A DNA stretch of 42,393 nucleotides, taken from the NCBI GenBank assembly GCA_965263355.1, contig CBDHHL010000008.1:1-42393 (forward strand), in the 5' to 3' direction. The translations under genes and the position numbers were made by a program. This document shows positions 26,899 to 35,208 of this stretch, piece by piece (within the stretch, counting starts at the first letter, position 1; the number at the start of each line of letters is the position of its first letter). This stretch comes from Leptolyngbyaceae cyanobacterium (lineage in GTDB: Bacteria > Cyanobacteriota > Cyanobacteriia > Phormidesmidales > Phormidesmidaceae). Below the pieces are notes generated by a model. That model made no database searches. It saw only the letters and a program-made list of their open reading frames with translations, and was not told where the DNA came from.

Positions 26899-28253
26899 TG
26901 GCTGCTGTTCAATTACTGCCGTATCAGATCGAGTCATTCAAGGATCGCTCAAGATTAAAGTTACTCATGTGGAGTCGCGGCGCTCGCAAGACTTTTACTT
27001 GCACTCTAGAGATTGTAGATAGCATCTTTTCTCAGGAGGCAGCGGGCCAGCGCGACGAATGGACAATCCTTAGCGCTGGTGACCGCCAAGCGATTGAGGC
27101 AATCCAACACGCTAAGCGTCACTGTGTTGCGTATTTGATGAATGCGGTGAACGTGATCAAAGGAGAGTTCGTTAGTGAAGACGGAAAGCGCCGCTACACA
27201 ACTCATGAGATTAGATTTCCAAAAGGCTCAGTGATTCGCTCGGTGCCTGCAAACCCAGATACTGCTCGCGGGTATACAACAAATTTTTATTTAGATGAAT
27301 TTTCAATTCATGAAAAGCCAAACGAGATCTGGCGAGCGGTCTATCCCTCGTTGAGAGGCAAAAAACGGATGATCATAAGCTCAACGCCTAAAGGTGGGCG
27401 TGCGAGTAAGTTCTATCAGATTGTCCACGATGAAACTTCGTTATGGTCAAGGCATGAGATTGATATCCACGAAGCCGTACGCCAGGGATTGCCAGTCGAT
27501 ATCGAAGAAGAAAAAGCAGCGATGGGCGATCCTGACGGCTGGGCTCAAGAATACGAACTCAAGTGGATTGATGAAGCCTCAGTCTGGCTGCCCTACGAAT
27601 TGATTCAACGCTGCGAACATGAAAACGCCGATCGCCCTGAGCTATACAGCAATGGAGCAACGTTCATCGGAAATGACATTGGGCGACGAAAAGATTTGTG
27701 GGTAGCGTGGGTGATTGAGCGAGTCGGGGACGTGCTCTGGACTCGCGAGATTAGCGTTTTGCGTGGGGCAAGCTTCCATGAACAAGATGAAGAAATGGAC
27801 CGTCTCATCCGAAGATACCACCCTAGTCGAATAGCTATGGACCAGACTGGTATCGGTGAGAAACCAGTTGAAGATATGCAGCGCCGCTACGGTGAAGCGA
27901 TGGTTGAAGGCGTCGTTTTCTCGAATAATAGTAAATACGTCTTGGCAACAACTTTGAAACAGGCGTTTGAAAATTTTAGGTGGAGAATCCCGATCAACAA
28001 GGAAGTCAGGGATGACTTACACAAGCTAAAGAGAACGACAACGCTCAGTGGCGCTCCAAAGTTTGACGCTGATGCCGACGAGCTTGGTCATGCAGATCGA
28101 GCATGGGCAGGAGCACTCGCACTTTACGCCTCAGGTATGGGGGGGAAAATCGAAGCTCGACGGCGTAATAGCTGGTCCCATACCCCAGACTACACAGTCA
28201 AACGCCCTGATCGCAGGTATGCCCGCATGGGTGGATCGCGATCTCGACCTTAG
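26895..28253 (+). CDS. terL: Terminase large subunit (Mu gp28-like)
   Basis: LLPYQ, WSRGARKT (Walker A variant), YLDEF (Walker B), SSTPKG, GNDIGRRKD, MDQTGIG, GHADRAWA. Confidence 0.95.
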   Translation: MMAAVQLLPYQIESFKDRSRLKLLMWSRGARKTFTCTLEIVDSIFSQEAAGQRDEWTILSAGDRQAIEAIQHAKRHCVAYLMNAVNVIKGEFVSEDGKRRYTTHEIRFPKGSVIRSVPANPDTARGYTTNFYLDEFSIHEKPNEIWRAVYPSLRGKKRMIISSTPKGGRASKFYQIVHDETSLWSRHEIDIHEAVRQGLPVDIEEEKAAMGDPDGWAQEYELKWIDEASVWLPYELIQRCEHENADRPELYSNGATFIGNDIGRRKDLWVAWVIERVGDVLWTREISVLRGASFHEQDEEMDRLIRRYHPSRIAMDQTGIGEKPVEDMQRRYGEAMVEGVVFSNNSKYVLATTLKQAFENFRWRIPINKEVRDDLHKLKRTTTLSGAPKFDADADELGHADRAWAGALALYASGMGGKIEARRRNSWSHTPDYTVKRPDRRYARMGGSRSRP

Positions 28254-28891
28254 AAAAGATTCAATTCAATTAATCGCTTTCCGATCCATTCAGTATAAGT
28301 AGGGGGGATAGCTTGGGTCAGCTCCCTCTGAGTCATCCACGATATGCCCATAGCCTTTCTGGCTTCATCAACTCTAAAGTTATGCCCTGCAACAGTAATA
28401 TATCCCCCCTCACCTAATCGGCTCATTCCTCGATGGCTACCTGCACTACCATCGACTGGTACGACCGGTGGACTCATCAACCAAGGATTTATTTCGAAAT
28501 AACGGTCTCGAATGACCTGCAAACCAAACATGTTGCCACGCAAAACAATGGGGTTAATTAAATCTCTTTTTGCACCTGGCACGTTTTCAATTACGTATGG
28601 TTTTCCAGTGGCTTTTATTTTGTCTCTAACAGAGCCAATAAGTCTGGGGGCAGTCGATTTACTGAGACTTTTTGTGACACTGTAGCTCTGGCATGGCGGG
28701 CTAGCGTGAATTAAATCAAACTCAGCTATATCGAGAGTTTCTAGCGCTTCAAGCCAATCCATCTGATAAAAAGTAAACGGGTAGCGTGGCTGAGGCGCAT
28801 AATCTACGCCGACAACCTCAAACCCTGCTCTGTGATAGCCCATAGCGGCCCCACCTGCACAGCAAAAAAGATCTAAAACCGTATAACTCAT
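28250..28891 (-). CDS. Short C5-cytosine DNA methyltransferase
   Basis: VLDLFCCAGG (motif I), ASPPCQ (IV), VIENV (VI), RDR (VIII), QAIPP (X). Confidence 0.9.
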   Translation of the reverse strand: MSYTVLDLFCCAGGAAMGYHRAGFEVVGVDYAPQPRYPFTFYQMDWLEALETLDIAEFDLIHASPPCQSYSVTKSLSKSTAPRLIGSVRDKIKATGKPYVIENVPGAKRDLINPIVLRGNMFGLQVIRDRYFEINPWLMSPPVVPVDGSAGSHRGMSRLGEGGYITVAGHNFRVDEARKAMGISWMTQRELTQAIPPTYTEWIGKRLIELNLF

Positions 28892-28966
28892 GACCTTGTT
28901 TTAGCGAATATTGGACCGATCTGGGCGATGTGCCAGTAACATGTGTCACTTTTCTTGGAAAATCTC

Positions 28967-28995
28967 TTGATATCCATACGCATATGTGATATCAT
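28967..28995 (+). promoter_or_regulatory. Sigma70-type promoter
   Basis: TTGATA-N17-TATCAT with extended TG. Confidence 0.55.
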
Positions 28996-29171
28996 GTAGT
29001 ATACCGCAAAGAGGGGCGGACATTGAGGCGATAAAAAGCCGATTGAACCTGCGGGCACACCGCCCCCCTGAGGCTATCGGGACGCCGAATCTGGCAGAGG
29101 TGGATAAAAACGGCCAGTCGTCAGTGCGACAACAACTGGGGTCAACAGCGTACGGCCCATACAAACCCGCT

Positions 29172-29233
29172 AGAAAACCCCGTGAGGCAGTCTGAGAGGA
29201 CAATGGCCCTCACGGGGTTTTCTTTTGCTTTTT
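29172..29233 (+). terminator. 16-bp perfect stem followed by T-rich tract
   Basis: AGAAAACCCCGTGAGG...CCTCACGGGGTTTTCT then TTTGCTTTTT. Confidence 0.7.
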
Positions 29234-29244
29234 GCAACAGTATT

Positions 29245-29283
29245 ATTTTGCAGGGCAGGTTGCGTCGATTTACCCTGCAAAAT
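29245..29283. repeat. Dispersed palindrome copy 3 (spacer inverted relative to copy 2)
   Basis: ATTTTGCAGGGCA-ggttgcgtcgatt-TACCCTGCAAAAT; spacer is the exact reverse complement of the copy 2 spacer. Confidence 0.92.
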
Positions 29284-29454
29284 CCCAATAAAAGGGCCAC
29301 TGGAGTCAGTTGGAGACTCAGCGACCCAAACAGTAAGTACTAACTCATATCATATAGCCTCTCAAGTAGCTCGCGATCTCTATCTTCTTTTTGCGATCTC
29401 AGCCGATGCTCGTAGGCAGTCAGAAACAAGCCAACAACACTGACAACAATCGCG

Positions 29455-29778
29455 TCACAAATCAAGTGTCGCCTGATTTTCAGTCCTTTGAGAAAGTCTG
29501 TTGATTTCATTTTTCAGTTTTCCAATTGGAATAGCGATGTAAATTGCGCCAGCTGAGACGTTACCGGATGCCCTCCACTGCTGCCAGTCCGTAGCAAGCC
29601 TCAGAAAAACTATAGTGCAATAGTCCTCTCCAAAATGATGGCCATCGACTACGAGCGGCAGTATGCCCCGTACTTCGTGAGCATTCTCTTTTAACCAAGC
29701 CAATGCTCTATCGACCTGGCCAGCCGTTACGGGGCATGGGGGGACTTGATACCAGGGGGAGGGAGTTAACCTAGACAT
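29455..29778 (-). CDS. Hypothetical protein
   Basis: 107 aa, coupled to the upstream ORF. Confidence 0.55.
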   Translation of the reverse strand: MSRLTPSPWYQVPPCPVTAGQVDRALAWLKENAHEVRGILPLVVDGHHFGEDYCTIVFLRLATDWQQWRASGNVSAGAIYIAIPIGKLKNEINRLSQRTENQATLDL

Positions 29779-30218
29779 CAGACGATCCCAGTAGAGTCGA
29801 GGACAGGAACATCACTTTGGACTTGCTTATCAAACAAGCCCAGCTGAGCAACCCCAGATCGCGAAGCGTCATAATCATTCCAGCAACGCTTAAGCAACTT
29901 TAGAGAGACACCCCACTCCTTGGCGATCTCTGGCATCCTCCAATAAAGCTGCGTACTGGGGGTCCCCTGAGTTACGCACACAGCCTTGGTCAGCTTGGCT
30001 ACTTTCAGATTGCTAAGCAGTGGGATGTCGTTTTTTATACAGTAGTCGTCAGCGCTAGCCCTTACTCCAAGAAACATCGCTTCGTTGATCTTGAGCGTCA
30101 GTTCTTGGCGGTTTTTCTGATAGCGAACGATTAGGGTTAGCCCCCCTTCATCCTTATTCACTTGAGAGGCTTTTCCAGGCATCTGTTTTGTCTCCTTTAT
30201 ACTTTGGTACTTGAGCAT
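29778..30218 (-). CDS. Hypothetical protein, possible C-terminal HTH
   Basis: MPEIAKEWGVSLKLLKRCW. Confidence 0.55.
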   Translation of the reverse strand: MLKYQSIKETKQMPGKASQVNKDEGGLTLIVRYQKNRQELTLKINEAMFLGVRASADDYCIKNDIPLLSNLKVAKLTKAVCVTQGTPSTQLYWRMPEIAKEWGVSLKLLKRCWNDYDASRSGVAQLGLFDKQVQSDVPVLDSTGIV

Positions 30219-30221
30219 GAG

Positions 30222-30458
30222 TTAACGCTCGCTGTGTGGTCTGCTGGGAGCAAATGCGAGCCCTTTCGTTAATATTAGCTTCCTTATTGCGATCCCAACA
30301 TCGATCACCTCTTGGTCACTCATAGACGCAATTATCAAATAGTCGGATTCGCCAAAATCCTCTCTGTCAAGCTTATTGAGTAGGCGCGATCGGAAGTCAG
30401 GAAGGACTCGCTGAGCTAGCGAGATAAGCGCCAAATACTGAGATAGGTCCTCATTCAT
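30222..30458 (-). CDS. Hypothetical protein
   Basis: Likely start ATG 30458 overlapping the rep stop (ATGA). Confidence 0.5.
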   Translation of the reverse strand: MNEDLSQYLALISLAQRVLPDFRSRLLNKLDREDFGESDYLIIASMSDQEVIDVGIAIRKLILTKGLAFAPSRPHSER

Positions 30459-31612
30459 GCTGCCACCCCTGCAATGCCCTTCAGCCAGTCGTGTAGCGAC
30501 TTCCATTCCAGATCACTAAGCTCGGCAATCGATCGTTCACCAAGACTCACCAAAGGGCAGCAATCGACCGCTGCACTCAGCCTTGCGTATCCCCTCGATC
30601 GGGACAATTCGGGGAGTGATCGCTTAACTTCTTCAATGCCTAGTACCTCCGTACTAGTCGCCGGAACACTTTCAACCATGGGCTGATTCAGGCTTTCTTG
30701 CCTGACTCGTTCGTGCTGTTCAGCCTGGATTCTTAGCTCTACAGACTTCTGCCACTCAGACTGAATCGTGTCAAATCGCAGCTCTGATTTAAATAAATCG
30801 AACTTATTCTTCATGCCTTTGACGTACTTTCCAGCGTCATGGGGAGTGATCACTTTCTGCTTGCTGTACGGTTCAACCGTTGGCAGATAGACCCTGATTA
30901 AATGCTCGATCAGCTGTGCATTTGGACGATCGACCGTTCCCCATGGAAAGGAATGCATTGTCAACGCAGTTGAGTCTAAGAACTCCCCTGTCACGAAGTG
31001 AGAAAAGCTAATCTCATTTTGAGAGTGTTCCTCTCTAATCTGAGTAATCTCTGGAGTAATCTCTGAAGTAATCTCTGTATAAGGTAGGTTAACTTCTTTA
31101 ACTTCTGTAAGTGAACTTTCTTCACTTACAGAAGTGGACTTTTTTAACTTACAGAAGTGACCTTTGTTAACCTCTGTAAGTGAACTTTCTTCACTTACAG
31201 TGAAAAGCTTGGCAGTAGCGGCTTCCAGCGTCTGATGATTCCTAAAGTAAAAGGTTTGCCCTGTCTTTTTGTTGTGGAAACTACAATAGAAAGCTTGAGA
31301 CCCATCGGCCCGCTCAAAGGACTGATCGCCAGCACGTCGGTAAGCGGTCAGTGACTTGTGAGCAATGCCGAGCTTAGAAAACGCCTTAGAAAATTCGTGC
31401 TTGCTAAACCCCAGCTCTTCAGTCCAGCTGTCACCGGGACTATAGGCTTCATGGCTGCACTTCTCGGTAAATTTGTAGAAACCGTCTGGATACTTGGCAA
31501 ACCAGTACTCTAGCTGCACTAGCAGGATCGTAGCCGTGACACTTCCGGCCAGCGGTCTGAGCTTGGAATAGTACGGAGTCGGGTTAGCAAACGCTGAGAG
31601 TAGGTTAATCAT
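30455..31612 (-). CDS. Replication initiator protein (N-terminal wHTH, lambda O-like organisation)
   Basis: LAGSVTATILLVQLEYW...FYKF...SWTEELGFS; central low-complexity linker coincides with DNA iterons; YTEITSEIT motif. Confidence 0.75.
   Translation of the reverse strand: MINLLSAFANPTPYYSKLRPLAGSVTATILLVQLEYWFAKYPDGFYKFTEKCSHEAYSPGDSWTEELGFSKHEFSKAFSKLGIAHKSLTAYRRAGDQSFERADGSQAFYCSFHNKKTGQTFYFRNHQTLEAATAKLFTVSEESSLTEVNKGHFCKLKKSTSVSEESSLTEVKEVNLPYTEITSEITPEITQIREEHSQNEISFSHFVTGEFLDSTALTMHSFPWGTVDRPNAQLIEHLIRVYLPTVEPYSKQKVITPHDAGKYVKGMKNKFDLFKSELRFDTIQSEWQKSVELRIQAEQHERVRQESLNQPMVESVPATSTEVLGIEEVKRSLPELSRSRGYARLSAAVDCCPLVSLGERSIAELSDLEWKSLHDWLKGIAGVAA
31043..31200. repeat. Putative replication origin inside rep
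   Basis: 3x AGTAATCTCTG at 12-bp period (31043-31077); two CTGTAAGTGAA-ctttc-TTCACTTACAG palindromes (31101-31135, 31174-31200) and a half-site. Confidence 0.75.
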
Positions 31613-31998
31613 GCCGACGCCCCCTGCTCTTCCTTAAGCATGGCTGAAAGCTTCGCCCGGTTACCGATATATCTGATGTATACTTTTCTCCCTTCTCGGT
31701 ATGCCCGCTCGTAATAATACGGTCCGTTGCGCCCCTTCATCTGAGATTCTATCCAGCTGCCAGAGTGACCGTTTACGTCGGGCTTCTTGACCTGGAATAG
31801 CTCAGTAGCCTTGTCGATATTCCTGAGCGCTACGATCGCTTCTAATCTCGATATCAAATGCTCAATCTGTCGATCGGAGAGATTTTTTGCAGCGCTGGAT
31901 ACAATTAAATCCGTATCTAAGTACGGCTCGGGAATGCTATTCCCTGGAATTGTTGCTAGACTGTGAGCGATATCACAGCCAGACGAATCATAAGTCAT
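31609..31998 (-). CDS. Hypothetical nucleic-acid-binding protein
   Basis: GPYYYERAYREGRKVYIRYIG motif; ATGA overlap with rep. Confidence 0.6.
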   Translation of the reverse strand: MTYDSSGCDIAHSLATIPGNSIPEPYLDTDLIVSSAAKNLSDRQIEHLISRLEAIVALRNIDKATELFQVKKPDVNGHSGSWIESQMKGRNGPYYYERAYREGRKVYIRYIGNRAKLSAMLKEEQGASA

Positions 31999-32034
31999 TG
32001 CTTTGGTGTGGTGTTACTGCTTGCGAAAAAACGG

Positions 32035-32068
32035 AAACGGCGACGGAATTGGGACTCCGTCGCCGTTT
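32035..32068. terminator. Bidirectional terminator/attenuator-like hairpin upstream of the rep operon
   Basis: AAACGGCGACGGA-N8-TCCGTCGCCGTTT with A-run left and T-run right. Confidence 0.7.
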
Positions 32069-32069
32069 T

Positions 32070-32258
32070 TTATTTGGATGCTTCCATTAACTTTGTTAAT
32101 GAGTTGGCTTTCTCTTTTGCGGCAGTCTCCCCGATCTGCGTATATAGATCGATCAGCTCCCTAACAGTCTCATGAAGTCCTACGGGAACCCTGAGAGGTT
32201 GTCTGTAAAGAGGGTTTGCCTTAATTACGTCCGTCAAATCCATTGGCTGTACTGGCAT
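32070..32258 (-). CDS. Small putative ribbon-helix-helix regulator
   Basis: Likely ATG 32258 just downstream of a promoter; RQPLRVPVGLHETVRELI. Confidence 0.5.
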   Translation of the reverse strand: MPVQPMDLTDVIKANPLYRQPLRVPVGLHETVRELIDLYTQIGETAAKEKANSLTKLMEASK

Positions 32259-32285
32259 AACTAAGTTACCTCGCTCGTTACGGAT

Positions 32286-32314
32286 ACTATAGCGGCATTC
32301 GCTGGGTGTGTCCA
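32286..32314 (-). promoter_or_regulatory. Leftward sigma70-type promoter
   Basis: TGGACA-N17-TATAGT on the minus strand. Confidence 0.6.
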
Positions 32315-32375
32315 GGGTGTTCGCGATTTTTTTTGCTTGCGGTCGCGATCTTTGCGTAAATATTGGAAAGCAACC

Positions 32376-32431
32376 TTGACGCATTGAAGAGACCGTTGCT
32401 AAGGTTAGAACGTAACTAAAAAAGTTACGTT
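32376..32431 (+). promoter_or_regulatory. Rightward promoter with downstream operator-like palindrome
   Basis: TTGACG-N18-TAAGGT, then AACGTAACT-aaaaa-AGTTACGTT (32409-32431). Confidence 0.5.
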
Positions 32432-32452
32432 GTTTTTTCTCAAGCATTAAGC

Positions 32453-32791
32453 ATGAATAGAGCAATGATGCCTGCATTACCCGATGCAGGCGGCTGGGAA
32501 TTGGTTTTTCTCAAGTCAATAGAAGCCCCTATGAAAAAGTCTGAAACGGTCTCTTGGGGTAGTGTTAGGCGTGTTGGGATGGGGATGGTTAGAAAGGCTT
32601 ACCTAGTGAGCGCTAAAGGCGATTTTGGTTGCTATGTCGAGGTAGACGCCAGGTGGAACCCTCAGCCTGGGAGATTTTATCGGCACAATTACGATCCTAT
32701 TGGTCACTCTCACTGCTTAAAAGATCCTGGGTTATTGACTAAAGCTCAGAAAGACAGCTTCTGGGCTAACGCGGGAGTTAACGCAGCATGA
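32453..32791 (+). CDS. Hypothetical protein
   Basis: First gene of the rightward operon; ATGA overlap with the next gene. Confidence 0.55.
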   Translation: MNRAMMPALPDAGGWELVFLKSIEAPMKKSETVSWGSVRRVGMGMVRKAYLVSAKGDFGCYVEVDARWNPQPGRFYRHNYDPIGHSHCLKDPGLLTKAQKDSFWANAGVNAA

Positions 32792-33258
32792 AGTTAGGAT
32801 TTGTTCAGTCGGCTGGCCCCATCTATATTTTTGCGAATCGCCCTAATCCAAACATCCTGTGGTATACGCTAGGCCGCGACGGCGACCGCGTACCGTGCCC
32901 TACTGACTGCTTCAGGGGATTTATTAAGAGCATTGGTTTTTTTGAGGTTGAACGGAGGGGAAAGGCAACATGGAAGTTGCATACACAACTTTCAGCCGAT
33001 GCGGAGTACATCATTGAGTCTGGCCATGATTCAAACTTCTCAAAAGGGTTATTGATGGCGGTCAGTTGCATTAGCCCCGACGAACTACGAAACTCGCCTC
33101 TCACTATCAGCGTTAGAGCTGGCAATGACGATAAGGTGCTTTTCTGCTCGGTGCACTTAGGTGGTCTTTGGATTAAGGCACAGTATGACTCCGAGACGGA
33201 CTGGCGAGCAATCGCGAAAACGGCAATAGATAACGTTAGAAGCGCTAATGGAGTGTAA
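32788..33258 (+). CDS. Hypothetical protein, possible ssDNA-binding fold
   Basis: 156 aa, beta-rich with aromatic residues; function guessed. Confidence 0.55.
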   Translation: MKLGFVQSAGPIYIFANRPNPNILWYTLGRDGDRVPCPTDCFRGFIKSIGFFEVERRGKATWKLHTQLSADAEYIIESGHDSNFSKGLLMAVSCISPDELRNSPLTISVRAGNDDKVLFCSVHLGGLWIKAQYDSETDWRAIAKTAIDNVRSANGV

Positions 33259-33260
33259 GT

Positions 33261-33470
33261 ATGCTTGGAATAAAAGAGATCATTGCTGAATACGACATTG
33301 AAGACGTATTAACTGCTGCGGCGACACTTATCAGAATGAACAATCCTTCGGATAGTCCATTAGATCAAGTCGCTCAAGATAGGGCTAAGAAACTCATTGA
33401 GATTGGTGAGGATCTTGGATCTATACGGGAGCTTAAGAATGGACTTAAGAGTTCAGAGTTGGTAGGCTAG
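33261..33470 (+). CDS. Hypothetical protein
   Basis: 69 aa with GGAG RBS, followed by a terminator. Confidence 0.6.
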   Translation: MLGIKEIIAEYDIEDVLTAAATLIRMNNPSDSPLDQVAQDRAKKLIEIGEDLGSIRELKNGLKSSELVG

Positions 33471-33496
33471 ACTCGCACACAGAACCTTGACCACAA

Positions 33497-33526
33497 GAAA
33501 AGCGATCGAAACCGATCGCTTTTTTT
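33497..33526 (+). terminator. Rho-independent terminator
   Basis: AAAAGCGATCG-aaac-CGATCGCTTTTTTT. Confidence 0.8.
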
Positions 33527-33530
33527 CTTG

Positions 33531-33578
33531 GAAAGTTTTGCAGGGTAATTTAATACCGCGTTACCCTGCAAAACTTTC
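33531..33578. repeat. Dispersed palindrome copy 4 (18-bp arms, divergent spacer)
   Basis: GAAAGTTTTGCAGGGTAA-tttaataccgcg-TTACCCTGCAAAACTTTC. Confidence 0.93.
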
Positions 33579-33902
33579 TCAGTCGTCTAGCGCTTGATTT
33601 ATGGCATCAATCGCGTCGGCCACTTCGTCTAGGGAGATTTCAGCGCCATTGAACCAGGCTGCAAATGTTTTGACGGCAGCCTTCATATTGCCAAGACGTA
33701 TCTCAAGTTTTTGTTTAACCAGCCTTTTATTCTCAGTAGCGAGAACTCTAGCTTCATACGCCAGTAATGCCTCACTTAATAATGGCCTTACGAACTGCGG
33801 CCACTCTATATGACCAGCTCGATCAGTAAGCTCGTCAATCTTCTTCCATTGCTCAGACGGCAGAGTTAGCCGCCTGGTTTCACTTTTACTACTACTGGTC
33901 AT
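33579..33902 (-). CDS. Ribbon-helix-helix-like DNA-binding protein with coiled coil
   Basis: TRRLTLPSEQWKKIDELTDRAG...WPQFVRPLLSEAL fits a beta-alpha-alpha RHH pattern. Confidence 0.6.
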   Translation of the reverse strand: MTSSSKSETRRLTLPSEQWKKIDELTDRAGHIEWPQFVRPLLSEALLAYEARVLATENKRLVKQKLEIRLGNMKAAVKTFAAWFNGAEISLDEVADAIDAINQALDD

Positions 33903-34029
33903 CTTGTGTCCTTAAGGCTTCACTTCAAGGCTATCAGATGCAGTGCGACGACTGCCAGCTGACATCCTAGGCGGCAGTGGGATGTCATTTGGGTGTTGCA
34001 ATGATAGAACAGATGAGTTATGGTTGGCT

Positions 34030-34120
34030 CATCGGTCACGATCGGTGACCGGGTCACCATCGGTCACGATCGGTCATCATCGGTCACGATCGGTCATCAT
34101 CGGTCATCATCGGTCATCAT
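34030..34120 (+). repeat. 10-bp tandem array (C/G)ATCGGTCA(C/T), about 9 units
   Basis: catcggtcac gatcggtgac cgggtcac catcggtcac gatcggtcat catcggtcac gatcggtcat catcggtcat catcggtcat. Confidence 0.92.
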
Positions 34121-34406
34121 GACTAAAACCACTGTTGTATATAGCCTTGAGGGGTTTAGAGACCAATTCAGGCAGCGGCTTAACGAGCGACTAGGGTCTA
34201 GTAGCCTATCTGCGAAATTTAGCGATAGTACGTTTTACCGCTGGAGAAAGGAGTTAAATATTCAGCCGCCTTATACGGCTGAAGACGGAACCCTTTTGAT
34301 CAAGTACGTCTGCCACCTAAGAGCTGGTTGTAGTTCCGCCAGGGCAAAGCAAAACGCCAAAAGTGAATTGTTCAAAATGAAAAACAGGAGAAAACCTAAT
34401 GACTGA
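34119..34406 (+). CDS. Small HTH-like protein
   Basis: Likely start ATG 34119 at the end of the array; FSDSTFYRWRKELNI. Confidence 0.6.
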   Translation: MTKTTVVYSLEGFRDQFRQRLNERLGSSSLSAKFSDSTFYRWRKELNIQPPYTAEDGTLLIKYVCHLRAGCSSARAKQNAKSELFKMKNRRKPND

Positions 34407-34707
34407 TTTCTTGAAAGCCGCACAGCAACTACAAGCCGTTGAGCGTTCTGTCACTGACGCTGAAATTGTCTTGACCGATGGGGCCACTGATCTTAAAGAC
34501 CGGATTCATGCAATTACTAGCGGTCGGTTTTTAATGGAGTTACTTTCAGACGTTATTGACGTTGAACCTAACCTTGTTAGTACTTCTTATCTAGAGGGTT
34601 CTGGCGGGCTTGCGCTGGAAGCTGGCTCTGGAGGCTTTGAGGACACTGAGTTTTTTGAAGACGATATCAGCGATTTTGATAAAACCAAGTCGTTGCAGGG
34701 AAAGTAA
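34399..34707 (+). CDS. Acidic hypothetical protein
   Basis: AGGAG RBS, overlaps the previous gene. Confidence 0.6.
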   Translation: MTDFLKAAQQLQAVERSVTDAEIVLTDGATDLKDRIHAITSGRFLMELLSDVIDVEPNLVSTSYLEGSGGLALEAGSGGFEDTEFFEDDISDFDKTKSLQGK

Positions 34708-34755
34708 TCTCTGGTCCTGTTCCGTGCGTTGTTTATGAGGCTTAACTATTGACCA

Positions 34756-35208
34756 ATGAAGCTAACTACAGCAAACATATTCACCGCTCTAGCGGGCTTG
34801 TATCTCCTTTCACTGATGGGCTTTGAATCGCCAGAAGTTACGCAGGTCAACGCTCGACGGACTGAACAAAGGGAAGCCTCTAGAGAGTCCAGGCGCAACC
34901 AGCGTCAAGCGCTGAGAGATTCGAAAATAGCCCTTGAGCGCTATCGTCGAGGTTGTCAGCCTGTAGTCGATAAAGACTCTGATTCCGAGCTATTTCACGG
35001 CCCAGAAACTGTATTTGTCGACTCAGTGTCTGGGAATCCGTTTCCTGCTGGAATTGAGATTTGCAATGGTCGCGGGTGGACTGCAATCACAAAAGCTGAC
35101 GGGACAGCTCGGAGTGTTGCGATCGCGAGTGCAGTTGATTCGAACAAAAACGAAGTTGACGATTTTTCAGAGGCAGTCGCTATTTTCAAGAGAAACCAAG
35201 ACTTATGA
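34756..35208 (+). CDS. Membrane-anchored/exported hypothetical protein
   Basis: N-terminal hydrophobic segment; Cys pair. Confidence 0.65.
   Translation: MKLTTANIFTALAGLYLLSLMGFESPEVTQVNARRTEQREASRESRRNQRQALRDSKIALERYRRGCQPVVDKDSDSELFHGPETVFVDSVSGNPFPAGIEICNGRGWTAITKADGTARSVAIASAVDSNKNEVDDFSEAVAIFKRNQDL

Noticed and set aside
32409..32431. NtcA binding site
   Set aside because: Spacing is GTA-N11-TAC, not the GTA-N8-TAC consensus
32259..32477. 5' extension of the 135-aa ORF
   Set aside because: It spans the divergent promoter region; ATG 32258 downstream of the -10 element fits better
34020..34118. N-terminal SSVTIGH repeats of the 128-aa ORF
   Set aside because: The 10-bp period is not a multiple of 3, so it looks like a DNA-level array; ATG 34119 is the more plausible start
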